From a virus (Duplodnaviria; Caudoviricetes), in the IMG/VR virus record IMGVR_UViG_3300048785_000077, positions 1 through 28,888 of that record: 28,888 bases of DNA; one strand, 5' to 3'. This document shows, piece by piece, positions 9,069-17,087 of the stretch. Numbering within the stretch: position 1 is the first letter of the stretch; every line of letters starts with the position of its first letter. The notes below the pieces were generated by a model. The model saw only the letters and a program-made list of their open reading frames with translations, did not search any database and had not been told where the DNA came from. The translations under genes were made by a program, and so were the position numbers.

Positions 9069-10063
9069 AGGAACAGGAAATCACCAAACAGTACGCCATA
9101 TACAACGGAGATTGCATCGAGGTCATGAAGTCCCTACCTGCCGGACGTATTCACCTTTCCGTATATTCTCCTCCGTTCGGAGGACTCTATTGCTACAGTT
9201 CTAGCGAGAAAGACCTGTCGAACTGTAAGGACTACGACCAGTTCTTTGAGCATTACACCTTTGTTGTGCGCGAACTCTTTCGCCTGACGGTTCCCGGTCG
9301 CATGACAGCGGTGCATTGCATGGACGTGCCGACAGGTAACTGTGGGACCGATGGTCTGATTGACTTCCCCGGCGACATCATCCGACTCCATGAGCGGGAA
9401 GGATGGAAGTACATTGCCCGGTACTCGATATGGAAAGAGCCTCTGGCGGTGCGCAACCGGACAATGGCAAAGAACCTTGCCCACAAGACCATCGTGGATG
9501 ACTCCAGCCGTTGCTCTGTGGCGTCTGCTGACTACCTGCTAGTCTTTCGCCGCAAAGGAGAGAACCCTGCCCCCATAGCTCATCCTACGGGGCTGCAATC
9601 GTACGCTGGCGAACGGGAGATGCCCGCCGAGTTGCTGCGGTATAAAAACTGGAAGGGAAATCAGATCGAAAATAGGTACTCGCATTGGATCTGGCGGCAG
9701 TACGCTTCCGCCTTCTGGGACGACATTCGGATAGGTAGGGTTCTCCCGTTCATCCAAGCTCGCGACGAAGAAGACGAAAAGCATGTTCATCCACTCCAGC
9801 TTGACGTAATCGAGCGAGTTCTGACGCTTTGGTCTAACCCTGGAGAAACGGTTATGACACCTTTTATGGGGGTTGGTTCGGAGGTCTACGTTTCGGTTGC
9901 GCAAAGTCGCCGCGCTATCGGCGTCGAACTCAAGCCAAGTTACTACTCCCAAGCAAAGCGGAATCTTGAAAGCGGAGTTGCGGATAACTGGACCGACACA
10001 ACTGGGCAAATGAATCTGCTTGACGAGATTGACGAGGAAGATGACGGCGAGTCAGATAGCTAA
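9059..10063 (+). CDS. DNA methyltransferase, N4-C/N6-A beta class
   Basis: SPPF catalytic motif precedes the TPFMGVGS SAM-binding motif. Confidence 0.88.
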   Translation: MAVKEQEITKQYAIYNGDCIEVMKSLPAGRIHLSVYSPPFGGLYCYSSSEKDLSNCKDYDQFFEHYTFVVRELFRLTVPGRMTAVHCMDVPTGNCGTDGLIDFPGDIIRLHEREGWKYIARYSIWKEPLAVRNRTMAKNLAHKTIVDDSSRCSVASADYLLVFRRKGENPAPIAHPTGLQSYAGEREMPAELLRYKNWKGNQIENRYSHWIWRQYASAFWDDIRIGRVLPFIQARDEEDEKHVHPLQLDVIERVLTLWSNPGETVMTPFMGVGSEVYVSVAQSRRAIGVELKPSYYSQAKRNLESGVADNWTDTTGQMNLLDEIDEEDDGESDS

Positions 10064-10595
10064 ACAACTCCACGGCAAGAAGGCCGGTAAAAGATGGCAA
10101 TGCCGCTGTCCTACCGGCCTTCACTCCCACGGAGATCGTAACCGGAGCCTGTCCGTATGGGAATCGGACGACGGCTGGGTGAGGCTGAAATGCTTCACCG
10201 GGTGCCAGAGAGACGAGATTCTCGCGGCCATGGGGCTCAAGGTCAGAGACCTGGCGCTGAACGAGTTCAACCCCAACCCAGAGTGGGAGCAACGGCGATG
10301 GGACAAGGACAGGCTCAAGCTCTTGGAGCGCCAGCACGGGCTGGCAATCATGGCCCAGGCGGTGATACCTGGAGAGCGGAACTACTGGCGAGCGGTGGAG
10401 CGAAATATAGCCGTGCGGGGGCGGGCGCTGAGGAGTAAACTTTATCCTGAATATGCCGCACAAATCCACCGTAATCAAGTCGCTCAATACCTCATCAAAA
10501 AGTATGGCTTCGAGGAGCTATCCAATTGCCTACCCCAAAATCTAGTGCAATCTTGCATCTCGCCACTCCAGACTTTGACGCCATCCGCGCCATGA
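10041..10595 (+). CDS. primase-type zinc-binding domain protein without a recognisable catalytic domain
   Basis: CRCP...H.DRNRSLSV...KCFTGC...ILAAMGL; remainder short and helical. Confidence 0.7.
   Translation: MTASQIAKQLHGKKAGKRWQCRCPTGLHSHGDRNRSLSVWESDDGWVRLKCFTGCQRDEILAAMGLKVRDLALNEFNPNPEWEQRRWDKDRLKLLERQHGLAIMAQAVIPGERNYWRAVERNIAVRGRALRSKLYPEYAAQIHRNQVAQYLIKKYGFEELSNCLPQNLVQSCISPLQTLTPSAP
10545..10558. promoter_or_regulatory. palindromic motif copy 3
   Basis: TA-GTGCAATCTTGCAT. Confidence 0.65.
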
Positions 10596-11182
10596 CATCC
10601 GAAGACGCAGCTAAGCCAGTGGTGAACATTCTCCGCACCATGGAAGCCGCGGACGAGCGTATCGAGTCCTTGACGCGGCAAGTGTACGCGCTCAGGGGCG
10701 CCGCCATGAAGATTGCCGATGAGAAACGCATCTACGAGCAATTCGAGGATGAGGAAGTCGGCAAGCCTTTCCGCAGTTTGGATCGATGGAACAAGGCTAC
10801 ATTCCCGAAGTCATGGCGCTACAACCAAGAGGCCCTGGCAACCATATCCAAGCTCCCCGACGTGCCGATGGAGCAGCTTATATCCATGCCCAGGTGCAAC
10901 ATGGTGATGCTGGCAAACAACGTGAGCAGTTCCGTGAGAGCCTTGCCAGACGTGCTGCAGGCCGCCCAGACGCTCTCCGAAAGCGACTTCGCCGATAGGT
11001 TATCTAGGGACCACGGCCAACATCTAGAACGCAAGGAAACGCTTAAATTCACCTATTCCAAAGGTGAGGCGGAGATGGTGAAACTGGCGCTTGGGATGGT
11101 GGGAAAATTGATCGAAATAGACGATATGTCGGGCCAGCTGCTCGCTCTGGCGATCGACTACATCGCAGAGCATGCGGCATGA
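10592..11182 (+). CDS. hypothetical protein
   Basis: ATGA overlap with the upstream stop suggests a start at 10592 (alternative 10526). Confidence 0.7.
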   Translation: MTSEDAAKPVVNILRTMEAADERIESLTRQVYALRGAAMKIADEKRIYEQFEDEEVGKPFRSLDRWNKATFPKSWRYNQEALATISKLPDVPMEQLISMPRCNMVMLANNVSSSVRALPDVLQAAQTLSESDFADRLSRDHGQHLERKETLKFTYSKGEAEMVKLALGMVGKLIEIDDMSGQLLALAIDYIAEHAA

Positions 11183-11796
11183 TCGCCGCTCTTTTTGTCA
11201 TGCGCGGCGGGTGCTACTACGGTTTGCCTGATGTGGACCCGTGGGACGAAGCGCTAGATGCCCGGAAGTACTCCGGTCCGTATCGCGTTGTTGCCCACCC
11301 ACCATGCGAACGATGGGGGAGATATTGGGGCGGAGCTCCTACAACTTGGCCACGACTCATCAAGGGAGACGATAAAGGTTGTTTTGCTTCCGCTTTAGCG
11401 TCTGTACGCCGGTGGGGTGGAATTCTGGAACACCCGGAAGGCTCGGCGGCATGGCCAGCATTCGGCTTGATGCGTCCACCGCGTGAAGGCGGATGGGTTC
11501 CCGCTGATTGGATTGAAGGATTCCAGGGATACACTTGCGCGGTAGAGCAGGCGAATTATGGCCACCGCGCCCGCAAGCTGACATGGCTGTATGCGTGTGG
11601 AGTCCATCTACCTGAATTGAAGTGGGGGCGCGCAGAGGGAGATTTTGTACGTCTGGAGGATGGCTTTCACTCTGCCGAAGAAAGAGCGCGAGCGATCAAG
11701 ACGGGAGCGTGTCAAAGGCTATCCAAGAATCAGCGGATAGCAACGCCTATACCTTTCCGCGATCTGCTCATTTCTATCGCAAGGTCGGAAGTGTGA
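11179..11796 (+). CDS. DNA cytosine methyltransferase-like protein (short, divergent)
   Basis: IAALF, AHPPC (motif IV-like), LEHP (ENV-like), GH.ARK.TWLY. Confidence 0.65.
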   Translation: MIAALFVMRGGCYYGLPDVDPWDEALDARKYSGPYRVVAHPPCERWGRYWGGAPTTWPRLIKGDDKGCFASALASVRRWGGILEHPEGSAAWPAFGLMRPPREGGWVPADWIEGFQGYTCAVEQANYGHRARKLTWLYACGVHLPELKWGRAEGDFVRLEDGFHSAEERARAIKTGACQRLSKNQRIATPIPFRDLLISIARSEV

Positions 11797-12158
11797 GACT
11801 AACTAGAATCAATCCCGTCAGCGCTAAGCGCCGCTCAAAGGGCGCCGTGCGCATCGTCGGGGGCAGGGAAATCTGCTCTCAGTCGACGGCCGGCCGAGCT
11901 GAGTACCAAAGACGACGGGAACTGCGCTGGGATCTGGACCGGGGTATCTGCTGTCTTTGCGGACTCTTCGTCCCACTCGAGCAGGCCACCACAGAGCACC
12001 CCAACGGGCGTGGCATGGGAGGCAGCAAGCGCGATGACTCGGTGGAGGCTATTCGGGTCGCGCACTGGTTCGGGAACAACGCCAAGGGCTCGGTGAGCTA
12101 CGAGCGGTACATGGAATTTCCGGAAGAAGTCAGGATCGCCAATTGCCAAGGTCTATGA
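11793..12158 (+). CDS. HNH endonuclease-like protein
   Basis: D.GICCLCG...TTEH...GMGG...HWFGNNAKG; GTGA-coupled start. Confidence 0.75.
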   Translation: MRLTRINPVSAKRRSKGAVRIVGGREICSQSTAGRAEYQRRRELRWDLDRGICCLCGLFVPLEQATTEHPNGRGMGGSKRDDSVEAIRVAHWFGNNAKGSVSYERYMEFPEEVRIANCQGL

Positions 12159-12472
12159 TCCCTAAAGCACTGAGCCCCGGCGAAGAAGCTTTTTGGTTAC
12201 ATTGCCGAGCCGAGAAGTTGGACCCTGTTCGGGAATATCTCTTCCATCCCACGAGAAAATGGCGTTTTGATTTCGCTTTCATCCCATCAAAAATAGCGGT
12301 TGAGGTTGAAGGACGCGGGCGGCATCAGAGCTTTGGTGGTTTCGAGGCTGATGCTCAAAAGTACAATGCCGCCGCTAAGTTGGGATGGACCGTTCTTCGA
12401 TATACGCCGGCGATGGTGATGCGCGGAGAAGCGATCAACGATCTGATGGAGATGCTAGGTCCCCATGTTTAG
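12155..12472 (+). CDS. PD-(D/E)XK endonuclease (DUF559/Vsr-like)
   Basis: EYLFHPTRKWRFDFA...IAVEVEG...KYN.A...GWTVLRYT. Confidence 0.8.
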   Translation: MIPKALSPGEEAFWLHCRAEKLDPVREYLFHPTRKWRFDFAFIPSKIAVEVEGRGRHQSFGGFEADAQKYNAAAKLGWTVLRYTPAMVMRGEAINDLMEMLGPHV

Positions 12473-12660
12473 TGCAAGATCGCACCGGGCGGAATAACTA
12501 CGATCCGATCTCCAGTTGAGTTCTGCTTTTGTAGGGCGCCAGTTCCCTTGGCAGCCTTGTATATTTGCCTACCCCTCTTGATCGATCGCCAATAACACCC
12601 AACACTTTCAGATGTGGCGAAAAACGACTTCTCATTGACTGGATATTTGTTTTTCTTCAT
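12469..12660 (-). CDS. possible small basic hypothetical protein
   Basis: AAAGGG SD-like sequence before ATG; no recognisable domain. Confidence 0.3.
   Translation of the reverse strand: MKKNKYPVNEKSFFATSESVGCYWRSIKRGRQIYKAAKGTGALQKQNSTGDRIVVIPPGAILH
12472..12485. promoter_or_regulatory. palindromic motif copy 4
   Basis: TTA-GTGCAAGATCGCAC overlapping the stop codon. Confidence 0.7.
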
Positions 12661-13130
12661 ATTTCCCTTTCCGACGCGCTTTTGCTTTTAAACGGTCTTC
12701 GGGTGTTAGATTGTAAAAACTCCTAACCGTATTGCACCCTCTCGGGCGGTGTTTTACGCGCTCTCCCGGGACCCCCGCTTGAAGCCTTAACCGAGGACAG
12801 AGGCTTGAAACGGAGGGGCGATTGATGCTGCCGATTGACCTGTATAACGCCTGCGCTCGGGGCACCAGCCCCTCACGCCAGTTAAAGCGCCAGAGACGGT
12901 TTCAATCCTGCGTACGTTCCACCCGACACACCGAAGGTTTCAGCGTCCAACATCCTCAGCCTATCCAATGGATTTAGGCTTTGGTCGGAATTAACGTCGA
13001 TACCGGGCCACGCGTTCAGCCAACCTCGACGGCAGTCTTTCGGCTGCACAGCCCAGGCGCACAAAAGCGGAAACCTTGACGTGATGCAACGAATTGTCAG
13101 GGTTTTTTGCAATTTTGTTCCTGGCCACTT
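12660..13130. ncRNA. candidate large structured RNA or origin region
   Basis: No convincing CDS; many nested stems; G-U pairs mostly favour the + strand. Confidence 0.4.
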
Positions 13131-13133
13131 GCA

Positions 13134-13162
13134 ACCTTATCACATAGTTTGGTATCCTACAA
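13134..13162 (-). promoter_or_regulatory. possible leftward sigma70 promoter
   Basis: TTGTAG-17 bp-TAAGGT with extended TG on the minus strand. Confidence 0.4.
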
Positions 13163-13208
13163 GTGCGATTGATTCCTGGCCGTTTCAACGCGTTTTCCTT
13201 CTCGATGG

Positions 13209-13247
13209 CAAAACAGCTCCTTCCTCTCGGTTGGGGCTGTTTTGTTT
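13209..13247 (+). terminator. Rho-independent terminator
   Basis: CAAAACAGCTCC / GGGGCTGTTTTG stem with T-rich tail. Confidence 0.6.
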
Positions 13248-13273
13248 GCATCCAACTATTCGAGGTGCCTCAA

Positions 13274-13432
13274 ATGATCACGTTGATTATCGTTGTTCTA
13301 GTCTTGATGCTGTTCACAGATGGATTCCGCGCCCCTGAACCGCACTATCGCTACGGGTACGGTGCCCTGGGCCTGATCCTGCTGATTCTTTTGTTCTGTA
13401 TGTTGCTGGGCTTGCTTCCTGGCTTGAGGTAG
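13274..13432 (+). CDS. small two-TM protein, DUF3309-like
   Basis: GAGG SD; MITLIIVVLVLML...H.RYGYGALGLILLILL pattern. Confidence 0.6.
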   Translation: MITLIIVVLVLMLFTDGFRAPEPHYRYGYGALGLILLILLFCMLLGLLPGLR

Positions 13433-13500
13433 GGCGCTGATCGTTGACCGGACCGAGCGCCCTAGGTAGTGCGGAAGTGGAGCGAGGGTAGTGTTGCGGG

Positions 13501-13626
13501 TTAACTTATGAACCGATTGAAAATGTGGCGCAGGTCTCTGATTATCAAGGCGGCCCCTACCACGATCAAAACCACATAGCATGCCAAAAACAGAAAAGCT
13601 GCGATTTCGTGCGCCAAGTGAATCAT
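13501..13626 (-). CDS. small membrane protein
   Basis: MIHLAHE..., TGATG-coupled, one TM helix. Confidence 0.6.
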   Translation of the reverse strand: MIHLAHEIAAFLFLACYVVLIVVGAALIIRDLRHIFNRFIS

Positions 13627-13811
13627 CAGAGAAGTCCTTTCCATTGCAGGATGTTGTAAAGCGGTTGGAATGTGGCGAGTAGAGCTACGGCAACGATGAA
13701 CGCAAGCACGGTGATGATGGTCCACTCGTAGATCGAACGCCAGGGGGTTAAAACGTAATAATGCAATAACGTTTCTAGCCAGGCCGGGCCTTCAGTGATG
13801 CGGTTGGTCAT
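13626..13811 (-). CDS. small membrane protein
   Basis: ATGA-coupled, one TM helix. Confidence 0.65.
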   Translation of the reverse strand: MTNRITEGPAWLETLLHYYVLTPWRSIYEWTIITVLAFIVAVALLATFQPLYNILQWKGLL

Positions 13812-13996
13812 GCGTAGACCTTCTCTCTTAGCGCATCCGCCTGCATCCCAAGTACTGCCTGAGCTTCACGGCTCACGATCTTACGGTTGAGCACGGTTGC
13901 CAGGTTGAGTAAACCCTCTCGGTTCCCGCAATCGCACTGCATCGAGTTGATTCCCACGAGTCCACATTCGCACAGATAAGCGTTCTCGAGCCTCAT
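13808..13996 (-). CDS. small Cys-containing hypothetical protein
   Basis: AGGAG SD; CECG...CDCG. Confidence 0.65.
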   Translation of the reverse strand: MRLENAYLCECGLVGINSMQCDCGNREGLLNLATVLNRKIVSREAQAVLGMQADALREKVYA

Positions 13997-14223
13997 GGCT
14001 TCTCCTGCGATTCCTGCTTTTTCCGCAACTCAGCCCGTTTGTGCCGGTCACGGCGCTTCTTTGATGCGGAGCGCTTCGGATCAGGCAGCGCTCTATGGAC
14101 GTTAGCGATGGTATCTGTGAATCCATCGCGCCAAGGGGCAAGCTCGCCAGCGTAGTAATCGTCGGGCGAACCCTTGCAATCATTTGCAAGCCAATCGTCT
14201 TCTTGGTCATCAAAGAAACTCAT
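13993..14223 (-). CDS. hypothetical protein
   Basis: GGAG SD, ATGA-coupled; acidic N-terminus and basic C-terminus. Confidence 0.65.
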   Translation of the reverse strand: MSFFDDQEDDWLANDCKGSPDDYYAGELAPWRDGFTDTIANVHRALPDPKRSASKKRRDRHKRAELRKKQESQEKP

Positions 14224-14381
14224 GGCCTCTCCTGGTCGTCGTAGAGTACGTTATGGAGCCTCATGGCCCACTGTTCGCGGCGTTCGTTGATCCGTACGCG
14301 CCAGATGGCAAAGACAAGGAGCGCGTAGCCGATGGCGAGGAGGATGACCGCATTCCACGGCCAGTGCATCATGGTTTCCAT
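14220..14381 (-). CDS. 53-aa membrane protein
   Basis: METMMHWPWNAVILLAIGYALLVFAIWRVR...; GGAGG SD; not in the ORF track. Confidence 0.6.
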   Translation of the reverse strand: METMMHWPWNAVILLAIGYALLVFAIWRVRINERREQWAMRLHNVLYDDQERP

Positions 14382-14476
14382 TTACGGCCTCCGATCATGG
14401 TTTCACGAGTGAGGATTGCGCCGATGATCAAGAGAGTCAAATCGGCAGGGATTGAGAGAATCAAGAGCAGACTCAT
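14369..14476 (-). CDS. 35-aa hydrophobic peptide
   Basis: MSLLLILSIPADLTLLIIGAILT...; ATGA-coupled to the upstream gene. Confidence 0.5.
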   Translation of the reverse strand: MSLLLILSIPADLTLLIIGAILTRETMIGGRKWKP

Positions 14477-14649
14477 TTGCGATTCCTTTCGTACTGTTCA
14501 AGAGCGTCGAGCTGCAGTTCACGGTAGCGTTCGGCTCGGCTTGCCAGGCGCTCACGTTCCCGAGGCGGAGTGGATTTATTGCAGGACCAAACGTCGCAGC
14601 AGGCGGCGAAGAGGCCCAGGGATTCGATTTCCTCTTCGATGGCGGTCAT
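14473..14649 (-). CDS. hypothetical protein
   Basis: AAGGAG SD before MTAIEEE. Confidence 0.65.
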   Translation of the reverse strand: MTAIEEEIESLGLFAACCDVWSCNKSTPPRERERLASRAERYRELQLDALEQYERNRK

Positions 14650-14686
14650 AAGTTTCTCCTTTGAAACCCATTTCAATAGGTGTTTG

Positions 14687-14700
14687 GTGCAAGATTGCAC
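14687..14700. promoter_or_regulatory. palindromic motif copy 5
   Basis: TTG-GTGCAAGATTGCAC-TAA, intergenic. Confidence 0.75.
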
Positions 14701-14750
14701 TAAAATACTTTCGTTACCCCACTCATAATGCCTGCTCTGTGTCCGGTGAG

Positions 14751-15035
14751 TTATGGGTGCTCTGTGCAGTTAAGGTCCCCGCAGGTTGTACAGGCAAATT
14801 TACTAGGCGCATAAGGCCCGTCATTCGATGGCCGCTGTTCTGTGTCCGGCGAGAATAACCATTCACTTTTGAGTCGTTCCACCTCAGCCCAAGGGATTCG
14901 GTAGTCACGTCCTGCAGGACCGCCGAGTCGGTAAGCTTTGACTCTGCCGGCCTTTATCCAGTTCTTGACCGTGCCGGCGGAGCAGGAGAACTCTTTGGCC
15001 ACTTGGGGGACGGTATAGTCGCGTTTGTCAGTCAT
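14751..15035 (-). CDS. excisionase-family (HTH_17/MerR-like) DNA-binding protein
   Basis: YTVPQVAKEFSCSAGTVKNWIKAGRVKAYR...YRIP. Confidence 0.8.
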   Translation of the reverse strand: MTDKRDYTVPQVAKEFSCSAGTVKNWIKAGRVKAYRLGGPAGRDYRIPWAEVERLKSEWLFSPDTEQRPSNDGPYAPSKFACTTCGDLNCTEHP

Positions 15036-15040
15036 TGTGG

Positions 15041-15658
15041 TTACTCCTCCCGAAGATGGTACGCGAGAATCTCAGCCTGTTTTTCCCGAGCAGCCCCAGC
15101 AGCAGCCCAAGCAGCAGCCCAAGCAGCAGCCCCAGCAGCATCCCGAGCAGCATCCCCAGCAGCCCGAGCAGCAGCCCGAGCAGCATCCCGAGCAGCATCC
15201 CCAGCAGCCCAAGCAGCATCCCCAGCAGCATCCCGAGCAGCATCCCGAGCAGCAGCCCAAGCAGCATCCCCAGCAGCAGCCCAAGCAGCATCCCGAGCAT
15301 CCCGAGCAGCATCCCCAGCAGCAGCCAACTCATCGCTGTTAATCCGCCCGTTGACGTAGTCTCGCGCTGCTTTGATGGCCAGTTCTGGGCGTTTGTCGTC
15401 CGAGTATTTCCGCCAGATAGGCAAAACCTGTTCGGCAAAGTCGGCAGCCATAAGTCGAGCCACCTTGTCGCAATTCTCGGCTGTAGCCACCATCGCCCAT
15501 AGGGTATCGTCAAGGCCGTTGATTTCAAGGACGGTCAAGATGTTAATTGGTGTATCGTCGCCGTATTCCTCGCGTGATAGCGCCTTGCGGAGGAACTCGT
15601 AGCGCGATTTGCAAGCTGATGCTTTGCGCAGGAGTGCAAATGTGGTAGTTAGTTTCAC
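15041..15658 (-). CDS. phage protein with Imm5-like region and AA[WRG][DA] repeats
   Basis: AADFAEQVLPIW...DKRPELAIKAAR followed by about 20 tetrapeptide repeats. Confidence 0.75.
   Translation of the reverse strand: MKLTTTFALLRKASACKSRYEFLRKALSREEYGDDTPINILTVLEINGLDDTLWAMVATAENCDKVARLMAADFAEQVLPIWRKYSDDKRPELAIKAARDYVNGRINSDELAAAGDAARDARDAAWAAAGDAAWAAARDAARDAAGDAAWAAGDAARDAARAAARAAGDAARDAAGAAAWAAAWAAAGAAREKQAEILAYHLREE
15085..15325. repeat. degenerate 12-bp tandem repeat
   Basis: Coding-strand unit GCTGCT(T/C/G)GGG(A/C)T, with some 9-bp units. Confidence 0.9.
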
Positions 15659-15699
15659 TTGTGAGCCTTTCCTCGTAAGTCGTTGATTACGTTAGACTG

Positions 15700-15713
15700 G
15701 TGCAAGATCGCAC
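15700..15713. promoter_or_regulatory. palindromic motif copy 6
   Basis: GTGCAAGATCGCAC, intergenic. Confidence 0.7.
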
Positions 15714-15718
15714 CTAAT

Positions 15719-15766
15719 TGCCCAGATAACGCGCTGGGCTCGCGGTTTAGTGGGATATTGCACTAA
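15719..15766. repeat. 48-bp direct repeat copy A (hairpin plus motif copy 7)
   Basis: 44/48 identical to 16386-16433. Confidence 0.9.
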
Positions 15767-16182
15767 AGTGGCCCTACAATATCTTCCGCGCATTGGGCGC
15801 ACAGGTAACAGGATGCATCATTGGGGAAGCGGGCCAGACCGATAGACGGCTCCCGCGTACCATCGGCGAGGCATTTATCGCACAAATTCATCGAAGCCTC
15901 TGCTGGAGATACAAACCCGTTGTGTGGCAGCGCGATAGACGTTTTCAGTTCTGTGACCTTACGTTGAGTTTCGGTCTGGTCTATGAGGGACTGCGGCGGA
16001 TAGGGGAGTGCTGCCCAGTGAGTCACGCGCCACATAATCGGCCGGCAGGGGCGCTCCATTTCTGTATGCCATACGCCATCGGCAGAAATGAATGCGAGTC
16101 CGCCATAGACGAGTACGGTTTCACCTGGGGGCGGAACTTCATAATCCACATCGCGCCACTCGATGGTTTGCAGTCCATTCAT
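15763..16182 (-). CDS. DUF551-like protein with C-terminal Cys cluster
   Basis: W...PPPGETVLV...VTHWAALPYPP; ATGA-coupled start. Confidence 0.7.
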   Translation of the reverse strand: MNGLQTIEWRDVDYEVPPPGETVLVYGGLAFISADGVWHTEMERPCRPIMWRVTHWAALPYPPQSLIDQTETQRKVTELKTSIALPHNGFVSPAEASMNLCDKCLADGTREPSIGLARFPNDASCYLCAQCAEDIVGPL

Positions 16183-16373
16183 GCGACCACCACTGTCTTC
16201 CCGGCTGCGTACATACCCTTGACGATGCAATCGGCGAGAATGAGCGACTCTTCCATGTTGAGTTTGCGTGTCCGAACCACATCGCGGATGATATCCCCTC
16301 GGCGAACCGACTCGGCATCCTTGTACTTGCGGGCGATCTTCAAAGCCAACTTGCTCACTTGATTCATTGTCAT
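16179..16373 (-). CDS. hypothetical protein
   Basis: AGGAG SD. Confidence 0.7.
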   Translation of the reverse strand: MTMNQVSKLALKIARKYKDAESVRRGDIIRDVVRTRKLNMEESLILADCIVKGMYAAGKTVVVA

Positions 16374-16385
16374 TTTTCATTCTCC

Positions 16386-16433
16386 TGCCCGGATAACGCT
16401 CCGGGCTAGCGGTTTAGTGGGATATTGCACTAA
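16386..16433. repeat. 48-bp direct repeat copy B (hairpin plus motif copy 8)
   Basis: 44/48 identical to 15719-15766. Confidence 0.9.
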
Positions 16434-16457
16434 TTGCCGTGGTCGGAGCGGCGAAGG

Positions 16458-16703
16458 TTAAGCAAGTGCGGCGGATTGAGCATTAGCTATTGGAAATTCC
16501 CAAGTATCCTGGCAGTCGCGCCGCGCCATCACATCGAAGACGATAACGACTGTGGTTGTGTTGTCGTGGTCGACAGCGTGGCGATCCGCGTGATTCTTTG
16601 CCAGCTCAGAGGCTTTCTTGAGGCTGGTTGCGGTCTCGACCATGCCACAGCACGAATCGCTGATTTGGTAACGGTCATGAACGGTAGTGAATTGTCTCGG
16701 CAT
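16458..16703 (-). CDS. hypothetical protein
   Basis: Same AGGAGAATGAAAAATG leader as the gene starting at 16373. Confidence 0.7.
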   Translation of the reverse strand: MPRQFTTVHDRYQISDSCCGMVETATSLKKASELAKNHADRHAVDHDNTTTVVIVFDVMARRDCQDTWEFPIANAQSAALA

Positions 16704-16816
16704 TTTTCATTCTCCTTACCGCTAGTAGCGGCTACCGGGATTACGGCTCCCGGCAGGCCGATTGATGCTACCTAGTCAAACAAGTAGTAGCCGAAAGCCG
16801 TCCGGCGCGGCTAAGG

Positions 16817-17029
16817 TTAGCTGGCCCGTGAAAGTATGACATACCTAACTACAGCGGCTTCCAACTCTGCTGCGCGGTCATCCCCAGCCAAAGGCCAACC
16901 CGTGCGGCGTAATGATCCCATAAGGGCATCCATCGCATTGTCGATTGCGTTCTTGAATCGTGCTGGCGCTTCTTCCCGCGCATCCAGATATTTACGTGCT
17001 TCAACTGTCAAGCTCATTTCATTCTCCAT
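16817..17029 (-). CDS. hypothetical protein
   Basis: First gene of the leftward operon; may start at the second Met (MSLTVE) after GGAG. Confidence 0.65.
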   Translation of the reverse strand: MENEMSLTVEARKYLDAREEAPARFKNAIDNAMDALMGSLRRTGWPLAGDDRAAELEAAVVRYVILSRAS

Positions 17030-17057
17030 AAGGCTGGTTGCCTTCTTGCTTACATAT

Positions 17058-17087
17058 CCACACTAACACACGATACCGTCATGTCAA
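17058..17087 (-). promoter_or_regulatory. leftward promoter candidate
   Basis: Perfect TTGACA at 17087-17082; the -10 is weak. Confidence 0.45.

Noticed and set aside
2285-12149. Many minus-strand ORFs opposite the replication operon, and likewise opposite terL, portal and capsid
   Set aside because: Antisense shadows of GC-rich coding sequence with no domains or SDs.
12632-13338. ORFs 12632..12865, 12882..13112, 12991..13251 and 13081..13338
   Set aside because: Weak starts, no coupling and no recognisable motifs; the region is better explained as structured non-coding sequence, though this is not proven.
14173-14190. CTTGCAA-TCAT-TTGCAAG palindrome
   Set aside because: Spacing of 4 rather than 2 and different outer bases; not counted as a motif copy.
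14751-15035. Proof of a temperate lifestyle from the excisionase-like gene
   Set aside because: HTH_17 proteins also act as regulators, and no integrase or att site is visible here.
15085-15325. CRISPR array or DGR variable region
   Set aside because: No unique spacers, no cas genes, no reverse transcriptase and no template/variable repeat pair in the window.
15003-15528. Five extra overlapping ORFs (poly-Q/P, poly-S/P, LLG and CC repeats)
   Set aside because: By-products of the stop-free 12-bp repeat; only 15041..15658 (-) has a non-repeat domain and fits the operon.
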